NCBI RefSeq assembly: GCF_002087085.1
Contig: NZ_MWQY01000023.1
Span: forward strand, 1 to 57,455
Reading direction: 5' to 3'
Length of the DNA: 57,455 nucleotides
Within the stretch, counting starts at the first letter, position 1; each line of letters opens with the position of its first letter. The notes beneath the pieces are model-generated. The model was not told the DNA's origin and did no database searches. It saw nothing but the letters and a program-made list of their open reading frames with translations. This document shows positions 1 to 8,887 of the stretch, in pieces. A program made the position numbers and the translations under genes.

Positions 1-349
1 CGTACGCTTGGCTTGCGAATCGCTTTGCGATTCGCCGGGCCCAGCCCTCAAATGAATATACGGAAGGGATGGGGCTTTTTTTATCGGGCTTCTTCGCGCA
101 CTATCGGCAGAATCCTGACGGATTCGCCTGTCGTACGCTTGGCTTGCGAATCGCTTTGCGATTCGCCGGGCCCAGCCCTCAAATGAATATACGGAAGGGA
201 TGGGGCTTTTTTTATCGGGCTTCTTCGCGCACTATCGGCAGAATCCTGACGGATTCGCCTGCCGTACGCTTGGCTTGCGAATCGCTTTGCGATTCGTTGG
301 GCCCAGCCCTCAAATGAATATACGGAAGGGCTGAGGCTTTTTTTATCGG
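1..349. repeat. Tandem repeat, 131-bp period, about 2.7 copies visible (units start at 1, 132, 263), rich in hairpins; probably continues left of the window
   Basis: Units 1-131 and 132-262 differ only at their last base. The third copy (263-349) has 4 substitutions and then diverges. Internal hairpins: GCGAATCGC-TTT-GCGATTCGC, GAATCC-TGAC-GGATTC and CAGCCCT...AGGG(A/C)TG followed by T7. Confidence 0.95.
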
Positions 350-402
350 CCTTACCCCGGCGGTGAAGTTTTACGGGCTCGGAGCCGAACATATAACAGA
401 CG

Positions 403-1221
403 ATGAAAAGAAGACACCTAATCAGTTGCTTGATTCTCTGCATCTGTGCTGCGGCGGGGGCGGATATTTATCATACGATAAAGCCGGGAGAAACCCTCTA
501 TCGTTTGTCCCGGGAATATGGTGTTTCCGTAGACGAACTGAAAACAATCAACGACATTGATGACGTAAGTGACATACGAGTCGGTACCCGTCTTTTAATC
601 AGGAGAGAGCAGACAAGCTCATCGACCTTTGAAAAATACACTGTCGAAAAAGGCGATACCCTCTATCGAATAGCCAGAAACAACGACATGAGTCTTAGTG
701 AGCTGCTTGAATTGAATGATCTCAATGAAGATCATATGCTGAGGGTAGGCGAGGTACTGAAAATCGGTACAACTGAAGAGAATTCGGAAAACGGTGTAAC
801 GAATCAGCAGGCAGTTGCTGTAAACCAACCGGAGAACGGAGACGAAAACGTCTCCGGGGATGGGAAAACCGAGTTTTTCTGGCCTCATCAGGGAGAAAGG
901 ATCAGCCTGAACGGAAAACTGGTCGGCAAAGAGATAAAGGGCCTCAACGGAGACCCTGTTGTTTCGGTTTCTTCGGGAAAGGTTATCTGGGTAGCACCAT
1001 ACCATGGATACGGCAAGATCATCATGGTTGAAGCTCCGGACAAGCATATCTTTGCCTACGGAGGAAACGGCGATACTCTGGTCAATGTAGGCGATAACGT
1101 CAGGCCCGGTCAGAAGCTTGGACTTCTGGGAGCCGGAGGATCAGAGGGCGCTGCCAAAGCCTTCTTTTTCGTCTACCGGAACGGAAAACCCGTCGACCCT
1201 GAATCGGCACCGAGGAAGTAG
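403..1221 (+). CDS. Secreted 2xLysM + degenerate M23 peptidase-domain protein (NlpD-like)
   Basis: Signal peptide, two LysM repeats ([27 protein letters not shown]) and M23-fold motifs ([23 protein letters not shown]). Confidence 0.85.
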   Translation: MKRRHLISCLILCICAAAGADIYHTIKPGETLYRLSREYGVSVDELKTINDIDDVSDIRVGTRLLIRREQTSSSTFEKYTVEKGDTLYRIARNNDMSLSELLELNDLNEDHMLRVGEVLKIGTTEENSENGVTNQQAVAVNQPENGDENVSGDGKTEFFWPHQGERISLNGKLVGKEIKGLNGDPVVSVSSGKVIWVAPYHGYGKIIMVEAPDKHIFAYGGNGDTLVNVGDNVRPGQKLGLLGAGGSEGAAKAFFFVYRNGKPVDPESAPRK

Positions 1222-1228
1222 AACCAGG

Positions 1229-1837
1229 ATGAATACCAGAATTGTCGGAATTTGCGGAGGTTCGGGTTCTGGAAAAACAACTGTGGTCAGGAAGATCGGA
1301 GAATCGTTTCCTGATTTTGTCTGTATTCCCCAGGATAATTACTACAGATCGGCCTTCAATATAGACAACTCAAACATTACCAATGTCAATTTTGATCATC
1401 CCGATGCCTTTGATAATGAACTGATAATGCAGCATCTTTCTGCGCTGAAAAAGGGTAAATCCGTGGAAATGCCGCAGTACGACTTTGTAAATCATAAGCG
1501 TCAGGATCAGACTGTCCGGGTGGATCCTCATCCCCTGATTATCTTTGAGGGTATCCTGATTTTTTTTGATAAAAGAATACGGGATCTGATCGATCTCAAG
1601 GTTTTTATCGACACACCGGATGATATTCGCTTTATTCGCCGACTTCAGCGGGATATTCATGAACGAGGACGTACCATGGACTCTGTGATTCAGCAGTATC
1701 TGGAAAAGGTGCGGCCCGGTCATTCAGGGTTTGTGGAACCGACAAAACGCTATGCGGATATTATTATCCCCGAAGGGGGATTCAACGAAATAGCATTGGA
1801 AGTCCTTATCTCTTTTCTCCGCTCCGTCGGTTCCTGA
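1229..1837 (+). CDS. udk: Uridine kinase
   Basis: [54 protein letters not shown] at 1229. Confidence 0.95.
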   Translation: MNTRIVGICGGSGSGKTTVVRKIGESFPDFVCIPQDNYYRSAFNIDNSNITNVNFDHPDAFDNELIMQHLSALKKGKSVEMPQYDFVNHKRQDQTVRVDPHPLIIFEGILIFFDKRIRDLIDLKVFIDTPDDIRFIRRLQRDIHERGRTMDSVIQQYLEKVRPGHSGFVEPTKRYADIIIPEGGFNEIALEVLISFLRSVGS

Positions 1838-1840
1838 TTA

Positions 1841-2704
1841 TTACCGTTCTATTGTTGAATTGGGAAGAGGGAGTTCCGAAAGTCGTTCTTTCAGGTAGCT
1901 GGAAAAGGATATTCTCGGAACCACAACCGCCGGCTTCGCCTCCACAGTCACTTCCCTGCCTGTTCCCGGGTGTTTGACGATCCTGGCCTTCCTTGCATCC
2001 TGCTGTTTTATGGAAAATCGACCTATCCTGCCCAGGGGAACCTTTTCTCCCAGGCAAAGACCTGTCTCGATAAGATACAGAAAATCGTCCACTATGGATT
2101 TGCATTCGGCAGCTGTTACAGCGTTTTTCTTTGCGACATAACGCACCATGCTTTTCATGGTGAACTGGTCAGGTACGGAGGACGGATCAAGGTGCAGGCT
2201 TCTGTTCAGCTTCATGAAGCCGTTGGTAAGGTAGATCGTTGCTTCCCGTATACGTTTTTCCTGTTCTTCTCTGGGTGTATCGGAGGAGCAGACTGCTATG
2301 CGGTAGATCGGACTGGTTTTGTTCAGCCTGCCTTCGGGAAAAGAGACAGATTCACCAACGACGATCGATTGCGGATATACTGATATGGTCTCGGTAAAGA
2401 TGTCAGGTACATCAGTCCTGGTTTTTATACTCGCATATTCCAGGAGCCGCTCTTCCGTACCGGGTCCGATGCTCAAAATGGAACCTGAGCTCGTAAGGGC
2501 GAGTATGCCATTTCCTTCTCCGGGTACGACCTTTCTCTCAAGAAACATTCCCAGGGCTTCGGCCTGTTCCTGGAACAGGGAATCTTTTTCTTCCCACACC
2601 CGTGCAAGAAGCTCGAGGGAGTTCTCTTTCTGGTCGGGCAGAAGCCGGACCAGTGCTTCCAGATGACGCTGGATTTCCGGAGGTAAACTTTCAAAAACCA
2701 TCAC
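1841..2704 (-). CDS. Uncharacterized N-terminal domain fused to a C-terminal HU/IHF-like DNA-binding domain
   Basis: C-terminus GEKVPLGRIGRFSIKQQDARKARIVKHPGTGREVTVEAKP..VPRISFS..LKE matches the HU beta-arm pattern. The N-terminus aligns with 2835..3371. Confidence 0.8.
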   Translation of the reverse strand: MMVFESLPPEIQRHLEALVRLLPDQKENSLELLARVWEEKDSLFQEQAEALGMFLERKVVPGEGNGILALTSSGSILSIGPGTEERLLEYASIKTRTDVPDIFTETISVYPQSIVVGESVSFPEGRLNKTSPIYRIAVCSSDTPREEQEKRIREATIYLTNGFMKLNRSLHLDPSSVPDQFTMKSMVRYVAKKNAVTAAECKSIVDDFLYLIETGLCLGEKVPLGRIGRFSIKQQDARKARIVKHPGTGREVTVEAKPAVVVPRISFSSYLKERLSELPLPNSTIER

Positions 2705-2834
2705 AGCCCCTTTAAAAATGATTTCATGGATCTTGATTCATTATTACAGTATACCTCTTTTTTTCAAAAAATCCCAATATAAATGGATTAATCTGGAAAA
2801 CAGCGTTACTTTAACCGGTAATGGAGGATACAAT

Positions 2835-3371
2835 ATGACTGAGTATTTTAATCAATTGGACACCGCTATTGCAGAACATTTAAAGGGAATCAGAAAATCC
2901 CTTGACATTGAAAACGACAACGAAGCGCTTGAAGTACTTGCACAGGCATGGATTGAGAAGGAGGATGCCTTTAATCGCCAGATCGATGAAAAAAGCATGG
3001 AAACAGTGGAGGAGTTTGATCCCGACACTGAAGAAGGAGGGGTTCTTCTGCTAACCTATTCCGGATCTCTGCTGAGTATAGGTCCGCGGCAGAACAACCT
3101 GCGCAGTGCAAGTTATGCCAGTATAGGTCTGCGACAGGATGTACCCGAGTTCGCTGAGGAAGAAGATGCCCAGCTCGAAGGACCGGTACGGACCGGGGAT
3201 CTGGCCCGTTTTGTCCGGGGACCGGTTCAGAGCAGCTCAAAGATATATAAAATGGCCATATTCAAGGAAGAGATGGATGCGGCGGAAGAAGAAGAGCTCC
3301 TGGCGGAGGTAACCCAGATTCTTGCTGAAGATTTTACCGAAGTAAACCGTACTATAATTGCCGGTGAGTAG
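2835..3371 (+). CDS. Acidic hypothetical protein, paralog of the N-terminal domain of 1841..2704
   Basis: SD GGAGG before ATG 2835. Shares L.LT.SGS.LSIGP and YASI..R.DVP with the divergent gene. Confidence 0.8.
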   Translation: MTEYFNQLDTAIAEHLKGIRKSLDIENDNEALEVLAQAWIEKEDAFNRQIDEKSMETVEEFDPDTEEGGVLLLTYSGSLLSIGPRQNNLRSASYASIGLRQDVPEFAEEEDAQLEGPVRTGDLARFVRGPVQSSSKIYKMAIFKEEMDAAEEEELLAEVTQILAEDFTEVNRTIIAGE

Positions 3372-3393
3372 GCAGGTTGTCGATAATTACCCT

Positions 3394-4416
3394 ATGGCGG
3401 TCAACCAGATACTGATACAAAAACTGAAAAAACTTCGAGATGCAAAAACCCCTCCGGGATGTGATATCCTGGAGGGGGAGTTGCATACGATAATAGGGCT
3501 CATGAGTTCACCTTCCTGGAACGTACGTCCCCTCGACGACTCAGCAGCTCCGGGAGGACTTGTAAGGCTGGAACCCAATCTTCCAAGTCTTGTTATTCCT
3601 GACCTTCATGGAAGGAGGGATTTCTTTTACCGCGCCTTGACGCTTCCCCTGTATCAGGGCAGGAATTTTCTGGACCTTCTGGCTGAAAAGAGGGGAAATG
3701 TTGTTTGCGTGGGGGATGCTTTTCACGGAGAAGCGCCGGTTCGGGAGAGGTGGAAAGCGGCCTACGATGAGTTTCTCACCGGATTCAGGAAGCGAAGAGC
3801 TATGAACCACGAGATGGCTGACAATCTCAGACTGCTGCAGATGATCTTCTCGGTTATGCAGGAATACCCTGAGAATTTTTTCTTTCTCAAGGGAAATCAC
3901 GAGAACATTGACAATGAGCTTGGGCGGGGAAACTATCCCTTCAGAAAATTCGTCAATGAGGGAGAAATGGTCAAAGTCTGGACCCGGCTTTTTCTCGGGG
4001 ATAACTGTCTCGCTCTTCTGAAACAGTATGAAAACCTGCTGCCCCTTGCGGCGGAAGGGGACGGCTTTCTTGTTACCCATGCTGAACCGCAGCGGGGCTT
4101 TTCGCGCATGGAGATTATAAACGCATACAGTGATGACGATGTTCTCTACGGGCTTACCTGGACTGACAATGGAGAGGCACAGCCCGGTTCGGTGGCGAAT
4201 ACCCTGGACAGCTTCTTCCCTGAAAGGACGGGCTCAATCTGTTTCGGCGGACACAGGCCGGTAAAAGGCTTTTTCGCCCTGAGAAACGAGGACCGGTATG
4301 TGCAGATAAACCATCCCGTAGCTCAACTTGTTGCAATAGTTCGACGGGGTGAGGATTTTTCCCCGGACGAGCAGATTGTGCGGCTTGATACTGATAACAC
4401 GGTGCGGAGAGGATAA
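3394..4416 (+). CDS. Calcineurin-like metallophosphoesterase (putative Ser/Thr phosphatase)
   Basis: Metal-binding motifs DLHG, GDAFH, GNHE, TH and GGH. Start could also be GTG 3364. Confidence 0.85.
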   Translation: MAVNQILIQKLKKLRDAKTPPGCDILEGELHTIIGLMSSPSWNVRPLDDSAAPGGLVRLEPNLPSLVIPDLHGRRDFFYRALTLPLYQGRNFLDLLAEKRGNVVCVGDAFHGEAPVRERWKAAYDEFLTGFRKRRAMNHEMADNLRLLQMIFSVMQEYPENFFFLKGNHENIDNELGRGNYPFRKFVNEGEMVKVWTRLFLGDNCLALLKQYENLLPLAAEGDGFLVTHAEPQRGFSRMEIINAYSDDDVLYGLTWTDNGEAQPGSVANTLDSFFPERTGSICFGGHRPVKGFFALRNEDRYVQINHPVAQLVAIVRRGEDFSPDEQIVRLDTDNTVRRG

Positions 4417-4418
4417 GA

Positions 4419-6308
4419 ATGGCGAAGCAGCCGGATAAGATCGACAAATACAACGAGGTGTCCCTTATCGCCCGCGGCGGCATGGGGGCAGTATATAAAG
4501 CTGTTCATCCAACCCTGAATCGTCCGGTGATTCTGAAGAAACTGACCCTGCGGGGGCAGAGTTCCTTTGCTGAGCGCTTTAAGCGGGAAGCACGAATCCT
4601 GATGGATTTTCGCCATGACGACATTGTCACGGTTTTTGACCACTTCAAGCAGGGGAGCTCATACTACATAGTCATGGAATACGTGGAAGGCAGTTCCCTG
4701 GAAGAGCTGCTGCGGGAACACCGGTACCTGGATTCCCTTGTATGTGCCTACATTGTTTTCCATTCAGCAAGGGCCCTTGCGTATGCCCATGATCGCGGAG
4801 TTATTCATCGGGATATAAAGCCCGCGAATATACTGATTTCCCGGGAAGGTGCTATCAAGCTCGCTGATTTCGGAATAGCAGCTTCCGCCGATGACACCGA
4901 TCTGGCCCTTACAAGTGATGGAATGACCCTGGGAACCCCATCGTATATGGCCCCTGAACAGTTCGAGAACTCCAGAAATGTTGATGCCAAGGCGGATATC
5001 TATGCCCTCGGTATAATGACCTACGAAATGAGCACGGGGAAACGCCCCTATGCCGGCGGTTTTACCCCTGATCTGATCCATGCAAAACAGAAGGGCAGGT
5101 ATAAAAGGCCGACCAGTTTCGTCCCTGTCATAGCAAAACCGCTCTTGAAGATTATACGGGGAGCAATGCGAAGTTCCCGAAAACGCAGGTACCACAGCGT
5201 GGACCCGATAATACGGCAGGCACGCAAGGTCCTGGAGCCCTATGATCAGGATGAAGTCAAAAACCTCCTGGGTGCACTGGTGCGGGGAGAAAAGGATATT
5301 CCCGCACCAAAACCACGTAAACGGCGTTTACGAACTCTTCTGCGCTGGCTGGGAATCCTGGCTGCAGCGGGATTATTGCTGTGGGGTGTATATGCCAGTA
5401 CCCTGTTTCAGCCCCTGGTGCTTGGCGCCACCCACGGCAGGCTGCGGATACATCTGGAGGTGCCCGGACTCGCAGGATACTATGCAGGTAATCCGGTAAA
5501 GGCGGAACTTTTTGCCGATGACGGAAAGGACATTCCCAGAATAAGCCTCCCTGCACTGATTCCCCTGGGTTTTGTATCGAAGGGTGAAACTCGAAGGTAT
5601 ACCACCCTGCCGCTTATGCTCAAATCCGGGATGTACAGGATAAAGGTACTCTATGCAGGTCAGGTTTACTGGAAATCCTTTTATCTGCCTCCGTACTCGG
5701 CGGATGTTCAGGGCGGAATATTTGCAGAGACAGTGGAGTCCATACAACTTCCGGAGATTGAATCCGGACCTGTGGAGATTTCCTTCAATGTCTATGATGC
5801 GGTGCGGGGGAAATCTCTCAACGATCAATCCCTGGCTTATGTCGTGACCGAAGACGGTGCTATTCCTCTGTACAGGTTTCCGGAGATTACTTCGGGGCGG
5901 GTATGGCGTTTCATTGTACGATCCAGGGGATACATCGAACAGGTATACTCCCTGTATCTGGACCCCAGGGAAAGTCACCTGACCATTAACGCCGCCCTTT
6001 TGCCCAGACCTGCATTCCTGCGCCTTGATTCAGATGTACCGGATGCAGAAATACGGATAAACGATTCACGGACTGTTGATGCCTATGCTGATGTACCGGA
6101 TGGAACATATCTGATACATTCCGTGGCAATCGAACCTGCAGACGGACAAATCTTGTCCGTCGCCCCGGGACGGTATCGGATTTCCTTTGAACGTAAAGGA
6201 GAAAAGACTGTTTATGATATCAACCTTGTTTCCGATGAAACCGCCTCGATCCTTGGAAAAATGGATAACGGGACACTGAAAATTGTTCGTGAACCCCGAA
6301 GGAGATAG
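4419..6308 (+). CDS. Hanks-type membrane Ser/Thr protein kinase with an extracytoplasmic beta-rich (PEGA-like) region
   Basis: RGGMGAVY, HRDIKPAN, DFG and GTPSYMAPE, then a basic stretch, a TM helix and a PGRYRISF PEGA-like motif. Confidence 0.93.
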   Translation: MAKQPDKIDKYNEVSLIARGGMGAVYKAVHPTLNRPVILKKLTLRGQSSFAERFKREARILMDFRHDDIVTVFDHFKQGSSYYIVMEYVEGSSLEELLREHRYLDSLVCAYIVFHSARALAYAHDRGVIHRDIKPANILISREGAIKLADFGIAASADDTDLALTSDGMTLGTPSYMAPEQFENSRNVDAKADIYALGIMTYEMSTGKRPYAGGFTPDLIHAKQKGRYKRPTSFVPVIAKPLLKIIRGAMRSSRKRRYHSVDPIIRQARKVLEPYDQDEVKNLLGALVRGEKDIPAPKPRKRRLRTLLRWLGILAAAGLLLWGVYASTLFQPLVLGATHGRLRIHLEVPGLAGYYAGNPVKAELFADDGKDIPRISLPALIPLGFVSKGETRRYTTLPLMLKSGMYRIKVLYAGQVYWKSFYLPPYSADVQGGIFAETVESIQLPEIESGPVEISFNVYDAVRGKSLNDQSLAYVVTEDGAIPLYRFPEITSGRVWRFIVRSRGYIEQVYSLYLDPRESHLTINAALLPRPAFLRLDSDVPDAEIRINDSRTVDAYADVPDGTYLIHSVAIEPADGQILSVAPGRYRISFERKGEKTVYDINLVSDETASILGKMDNGTLKIVREPRRR

Positions 6309-6314
6309 AACCAT

Positions 6315-7196
6315 ATGACCAGGACAATTAAGAAAATTCTCTATATCTTGCTGGGTTTTTCTGCAGGATGCCTTGTGTGGGTTGTAACAGAACCATTCAT
6401 GGCCGTCAGCGGCGGAACCTTTTATCTGCGGCTCATTCTCCAGGGAGGATTGATTGGAGCCGTTTACGGCGGGGTTTTAGGAGCAGGAGAGGGTATTTCC
6501 GTTTCTCTTCGATCTAAGGCCCTCCTGGGCGCCTCTCTGGGCTTCGGAATAGGTCTTGTTGCCGGAGTTGCAGCCATTCTTGTCGCCCAGGGCATGCTGC
6601 TGATTCTTACAGGATCAGGAAGTGCTTCGATTGCCGATATTACGGAACGATACCTTCCCGTGGCGAGAATTCTGGGCTGGACTTTCATGGGCGCATTGCT
6701 CGGCACCGTGGAGGGGATACGGGCAAAATCCCTGCGACGGGCCCTTTTCGGGGTAATCGGAGGAACTCTGGGGGGGCTCATCGGCGGGCTTCTCTTCGAG
6801 GGCTTGAACGCTGTAAAGGTTTCAGCCTCACTGCTTCGCCTGCTGGGTTTCTGTTCCCTGGGTCTCTTTATCGGAGGGGGTTTCAGTCTTCTGGAATCCC
6901 TTGGACGCTTCGGAGTTCTGAAAGTCATGAATGGCCGCTACAAGGGAAAGGAGTTTATTCTTTCCAAAAAGAGCAGCAATATCGGTTCGGAAAACCGATG
7001 CGATATTTCCATCCCGGGAGACCCGGACATGCAGAAGTTCCATGCACGGGTATTCCGGAAAAACCGGGAAATGCATATCGAACGAAAAACCGACGCGTCT
7101 CCTCTTTTTGTCAATGATAAAAGCTGTGAGATTCAGCGTCTGAAATATGAAGATGTCCTTCGCGTCGGACACACGGTTATCCGGTTCTTACCGTGA
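6315..7196 (+). CDS. Gly-rich multi-pass membrane protein with C-terminal FHA-like domain
   Basis: About 6 hydrophobic GxxxG-rich segments. C-terminus IGSENRCDI..HARV..FVND..LKYEDVLRVG. Confidence 0.8.
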   Translation: MTRTIKKILYILLGFSAGCLVWVVTEPFMAVSGGTFYLRLILQGGLIGAVYGGVLGAGEGISVSLRSKALLGASLGFGIGLVAGVAAILVAQGMLLILTGSGSASIADITERYLPVARILGWTFMGALLGTVEGIRAKSLRRALFGVIGGTLGGLIGGLLFEGLNAVKVSASLLRLLGFCSLGLFIGGGFSLLESLGRFGVLKVMNGRYKGKEFILSKKSSNIGSENRCDISIPGDPDMQKFHARVFRKNREMHIERKTDASPLFVNDKSCEIQRLKYEDVLRVGHTVIRFLP

Positions 7197-7218
7197 TGAT
7201 CTGCATGGTGGAGTGAAT

Positions 7219-8592
7219 ATGAAACGACTGACAATTAGTATCTGTTTGTTGCTGTTTTTTTCGGTGCTGTGGGGTCAGTCCGTCGAGATTACCCAGATAG
7301 AAAACCGAAGCCTCCTTGTCGACGGTACCCTTGATATCTATTTTCTGCCAAGAAATGAAGAGGGTGAACCCCGGGTTCTTCCGGAGAATACGGAACCGGA
7401 ACTCTTTGTGGTGGATGGTGAAAAACGGATTCCCCAGAGAATATTAAGCCTGGAGCAGGATGCTCCGCGGAGACAGGGAATCAGTTTTCTGCTGCTCATT
7501 GACAACTCAGGTTCCATGCACGATGAGTATCTCGGGAATATGCTGCGTTTTGAGACCGCCAGATTCGCAGTGGATCAGTTCCTGCAGGATATAGATAATC
7601 CTCTGGACAGAATCGGCCTGTCCGCATTCAATACCTTCTATACTCCCCTTATTCCCGTCAGTCAGGTCTCCGCACAGTTTGAAGCGGCCCTGAATTCAAT
7701 TCAGAGACCATCGAGGGAAAACTCCTACACTGAACTCTATCGCAGCATACAGCAGGCTGCACTGGATCTGGCTGATTCCCGGGGACGGCGGGCCATCATC
7801 GTCCTTTCGGATGGAGAAAACTTTCCCTATACCCTGTCCGGGAACCCCCATCCTCTTTACGGAGAAAAGGAGTTTGATCATCAGGATGCCCTCAAGACTC
7901 TGGTGGACGAAGGCATTAGTCTTTACGCTGTTCATATCGGAGAGACGAAGGACAAACCCCTTGACGATATTGCAAGAGAAAGCGGGGGGAGAAGTTTTAC
8001 CGCGGATGACAGAGGAAATCTCATGAATGTGTATCTGACGATTCGTGATGAGATACAGCAGGAGTACAGACTGCGTTTTCGACCGCCCTACAGGGGATCC
8101 GATGTACATACGGTGGAACTGGAAATAGAAGACCAGACCTCTGTGGCCGACTACTACGTACCCCATTTCCTGGGTAAATATGCGTCTCCCCTGGGCTGGC
8201 TGGTTCTTATACCCCTGCTTATTGCAGCGGGGCTGATAGTCCTCGCTTTTCTGTATGTCTGGGAAAAACCGGCAACAGAGGCGGAAATCAATCTTCTTGC
8301 AGCCGGGAAGAATTTCTCCCCCAGAACCCGGGTGAATCTTACAAAAGAAGTAACAGTAATTGGAGCGGGGCGAAACGCAGATATGACCATAGCAGGAAAT
8401 CCTGCCATGCGTGAGTCCCATGCGACTATTGTGTTCGACAGAAATTCCGGCAACTATACGGTCAGTGCGGATGCGGAGTTCCGGGTAAACAACCGTTTAA
8501 AAAAGAGTCACACCCTGAAGAGCGGAGACGTTCTCGACTTTGACGGTACCACGGTGGTTTTTGACAGACCCCCAAAACATAAAAAAACCTGA
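7219..8592 (+). CDS. Signal peptide + VWA (MIDAS) + TM + FHA-like domain protein
   Basis: MIDAS residues LIDNSGSM, YTELY, VLSDGE; TM WLVLIPLLIAAGLIVLAFLY; FHA-like IGAGRNAD..HATI..VNN..LKSGDVL. Confidence 0.88.
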   Translation: MKRLTISICLLLFFSVLWGQSVEITQIENRSLLVDGTLDIYFLPRNEEGEPRVLPENTEPELFVVDGEKRIPQRILSLEQDAPRRQGISFLLLIDNSGSMHDEYLGNMLRFETARFAVDQFLQDIDNPLDRIGLSAFNTFYTPLIPVSQVSAQFEAALNSIQRPSRENSYTELYRSIQQAALDLADSRGRRAIIVLSDGENFPYTLSGNPHPLYGEKEFDHQDALKTLVDEGISLYAVHIGETKDKPLDDIARESGGRSFTADDRGNLMNVYLTIRDEIQQEYRLRFRPPYRGSDVHTVELEIEDQTSVADYYVPHFLGKYASPLGWLVLIPLLIAAGLIVLAFLYVWEKPATEAEINLLAAGKNFSPRTRVNLTKEVTVIGAGRNADMTIAGNPAMRESHATIVFDRNSGNYTVSADAEFRVNNRLKKSHTLKSGDVLDFDGTTVVFDRPPKHKKT

Positions 8593-8613
8593 GAACAATT
8601 GTTCTCAGGTTTT
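8584..8613. terminator. Perfect 30-bp palindrome, bidirectional terminator-like
   Basis: AAAACCTGAGAACAATTGTTCTCAGGTTTT, overlapping the stop codon of the VWA-FHA gene. Confidence 0.75.
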
Positions 8614-8615
8614 CC

Positions 8616-8634
8616 CTCTCCCGGACAGACTCGA
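8616..8634 (-). repeat. Copy of the tRNA-Asn 3' end (18/19 nt), 147 bp downstream of the tRNA
   Basis: CTCTCCCGGACAGACTCGA (8616-8634) versus CTCCCCCGGACAGACTCGA (8763-8781). Confidence 0.8.
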
Positions 8635-8719
8635 GTACTTGCGGTGTTTCTGACGAAACACCTGTCGTACCGGCGTGTTGTGCGGCAGCAAAACACTCGA
8701 TAGGTTCGAGTCAGTTCTG

Positions 8720-8758
8720 AAAAATGAAAAAGGCTATCTGAAGTAATTCAGATAGCCT
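8720..8758 (-). terminator. Rho-independent terminator after tRNA-Asn
   Basis: AGGCTATCTGAA-N4-TTCAGATAGCCT followed by a U-tract on the minus strand. Confidence 0.8.
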
Positions 8759-8762
8759 TACG

Positions 8763-8835
8763 CTCCCCCGGACAGACTCGAACTGCCGACCTAGTGGTTA
8801 ACAGCCACCCGCTCTACCGACTGAGCTACAGGGGA
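8763..8835 (-). tRNA. tRNA-Asn(GTT)
   Basis: TCCCCTGTAGCTCAGTCGGTAGAGCGGGTGGCTGTTAACCACTAGGTCGGCAGTTCGAGTCTGTCCGGGGGAG folds as a cloverleaf; no encoded CCA. Confidence 0.97.
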
Positions 8836-8856
8836 ATGTCCCAAGTGACGATGGGA

Positions 8857-8885
8857 AATATACATGAGGGGCAGATTACTGTCAA
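8857..8885 (-). promoter_or_regulatory. Sigma70 promoter for tRNA-Asn
   Basis: TTGACA-N17-TATATT on the minus strand. Confidence 0.75.
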
Positions 8886-8887
8886 TA

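Noticed and set aside
1..349. CRISPR array interpretation of the repeat
   Set aside because: Whole 131-bp units are near-identical, with no unique spacers and no cas genes in the window.
69..560. ORFs 69..317, 81..443 and 363..560
   Set aside because: They run through the repeat or overlap the LysM gene, with no recognisable motifs.
1118..1228. N-terminal extension of udk
   Set aside because: It overlaps the upstream gene; homology begins at ATG 1229.
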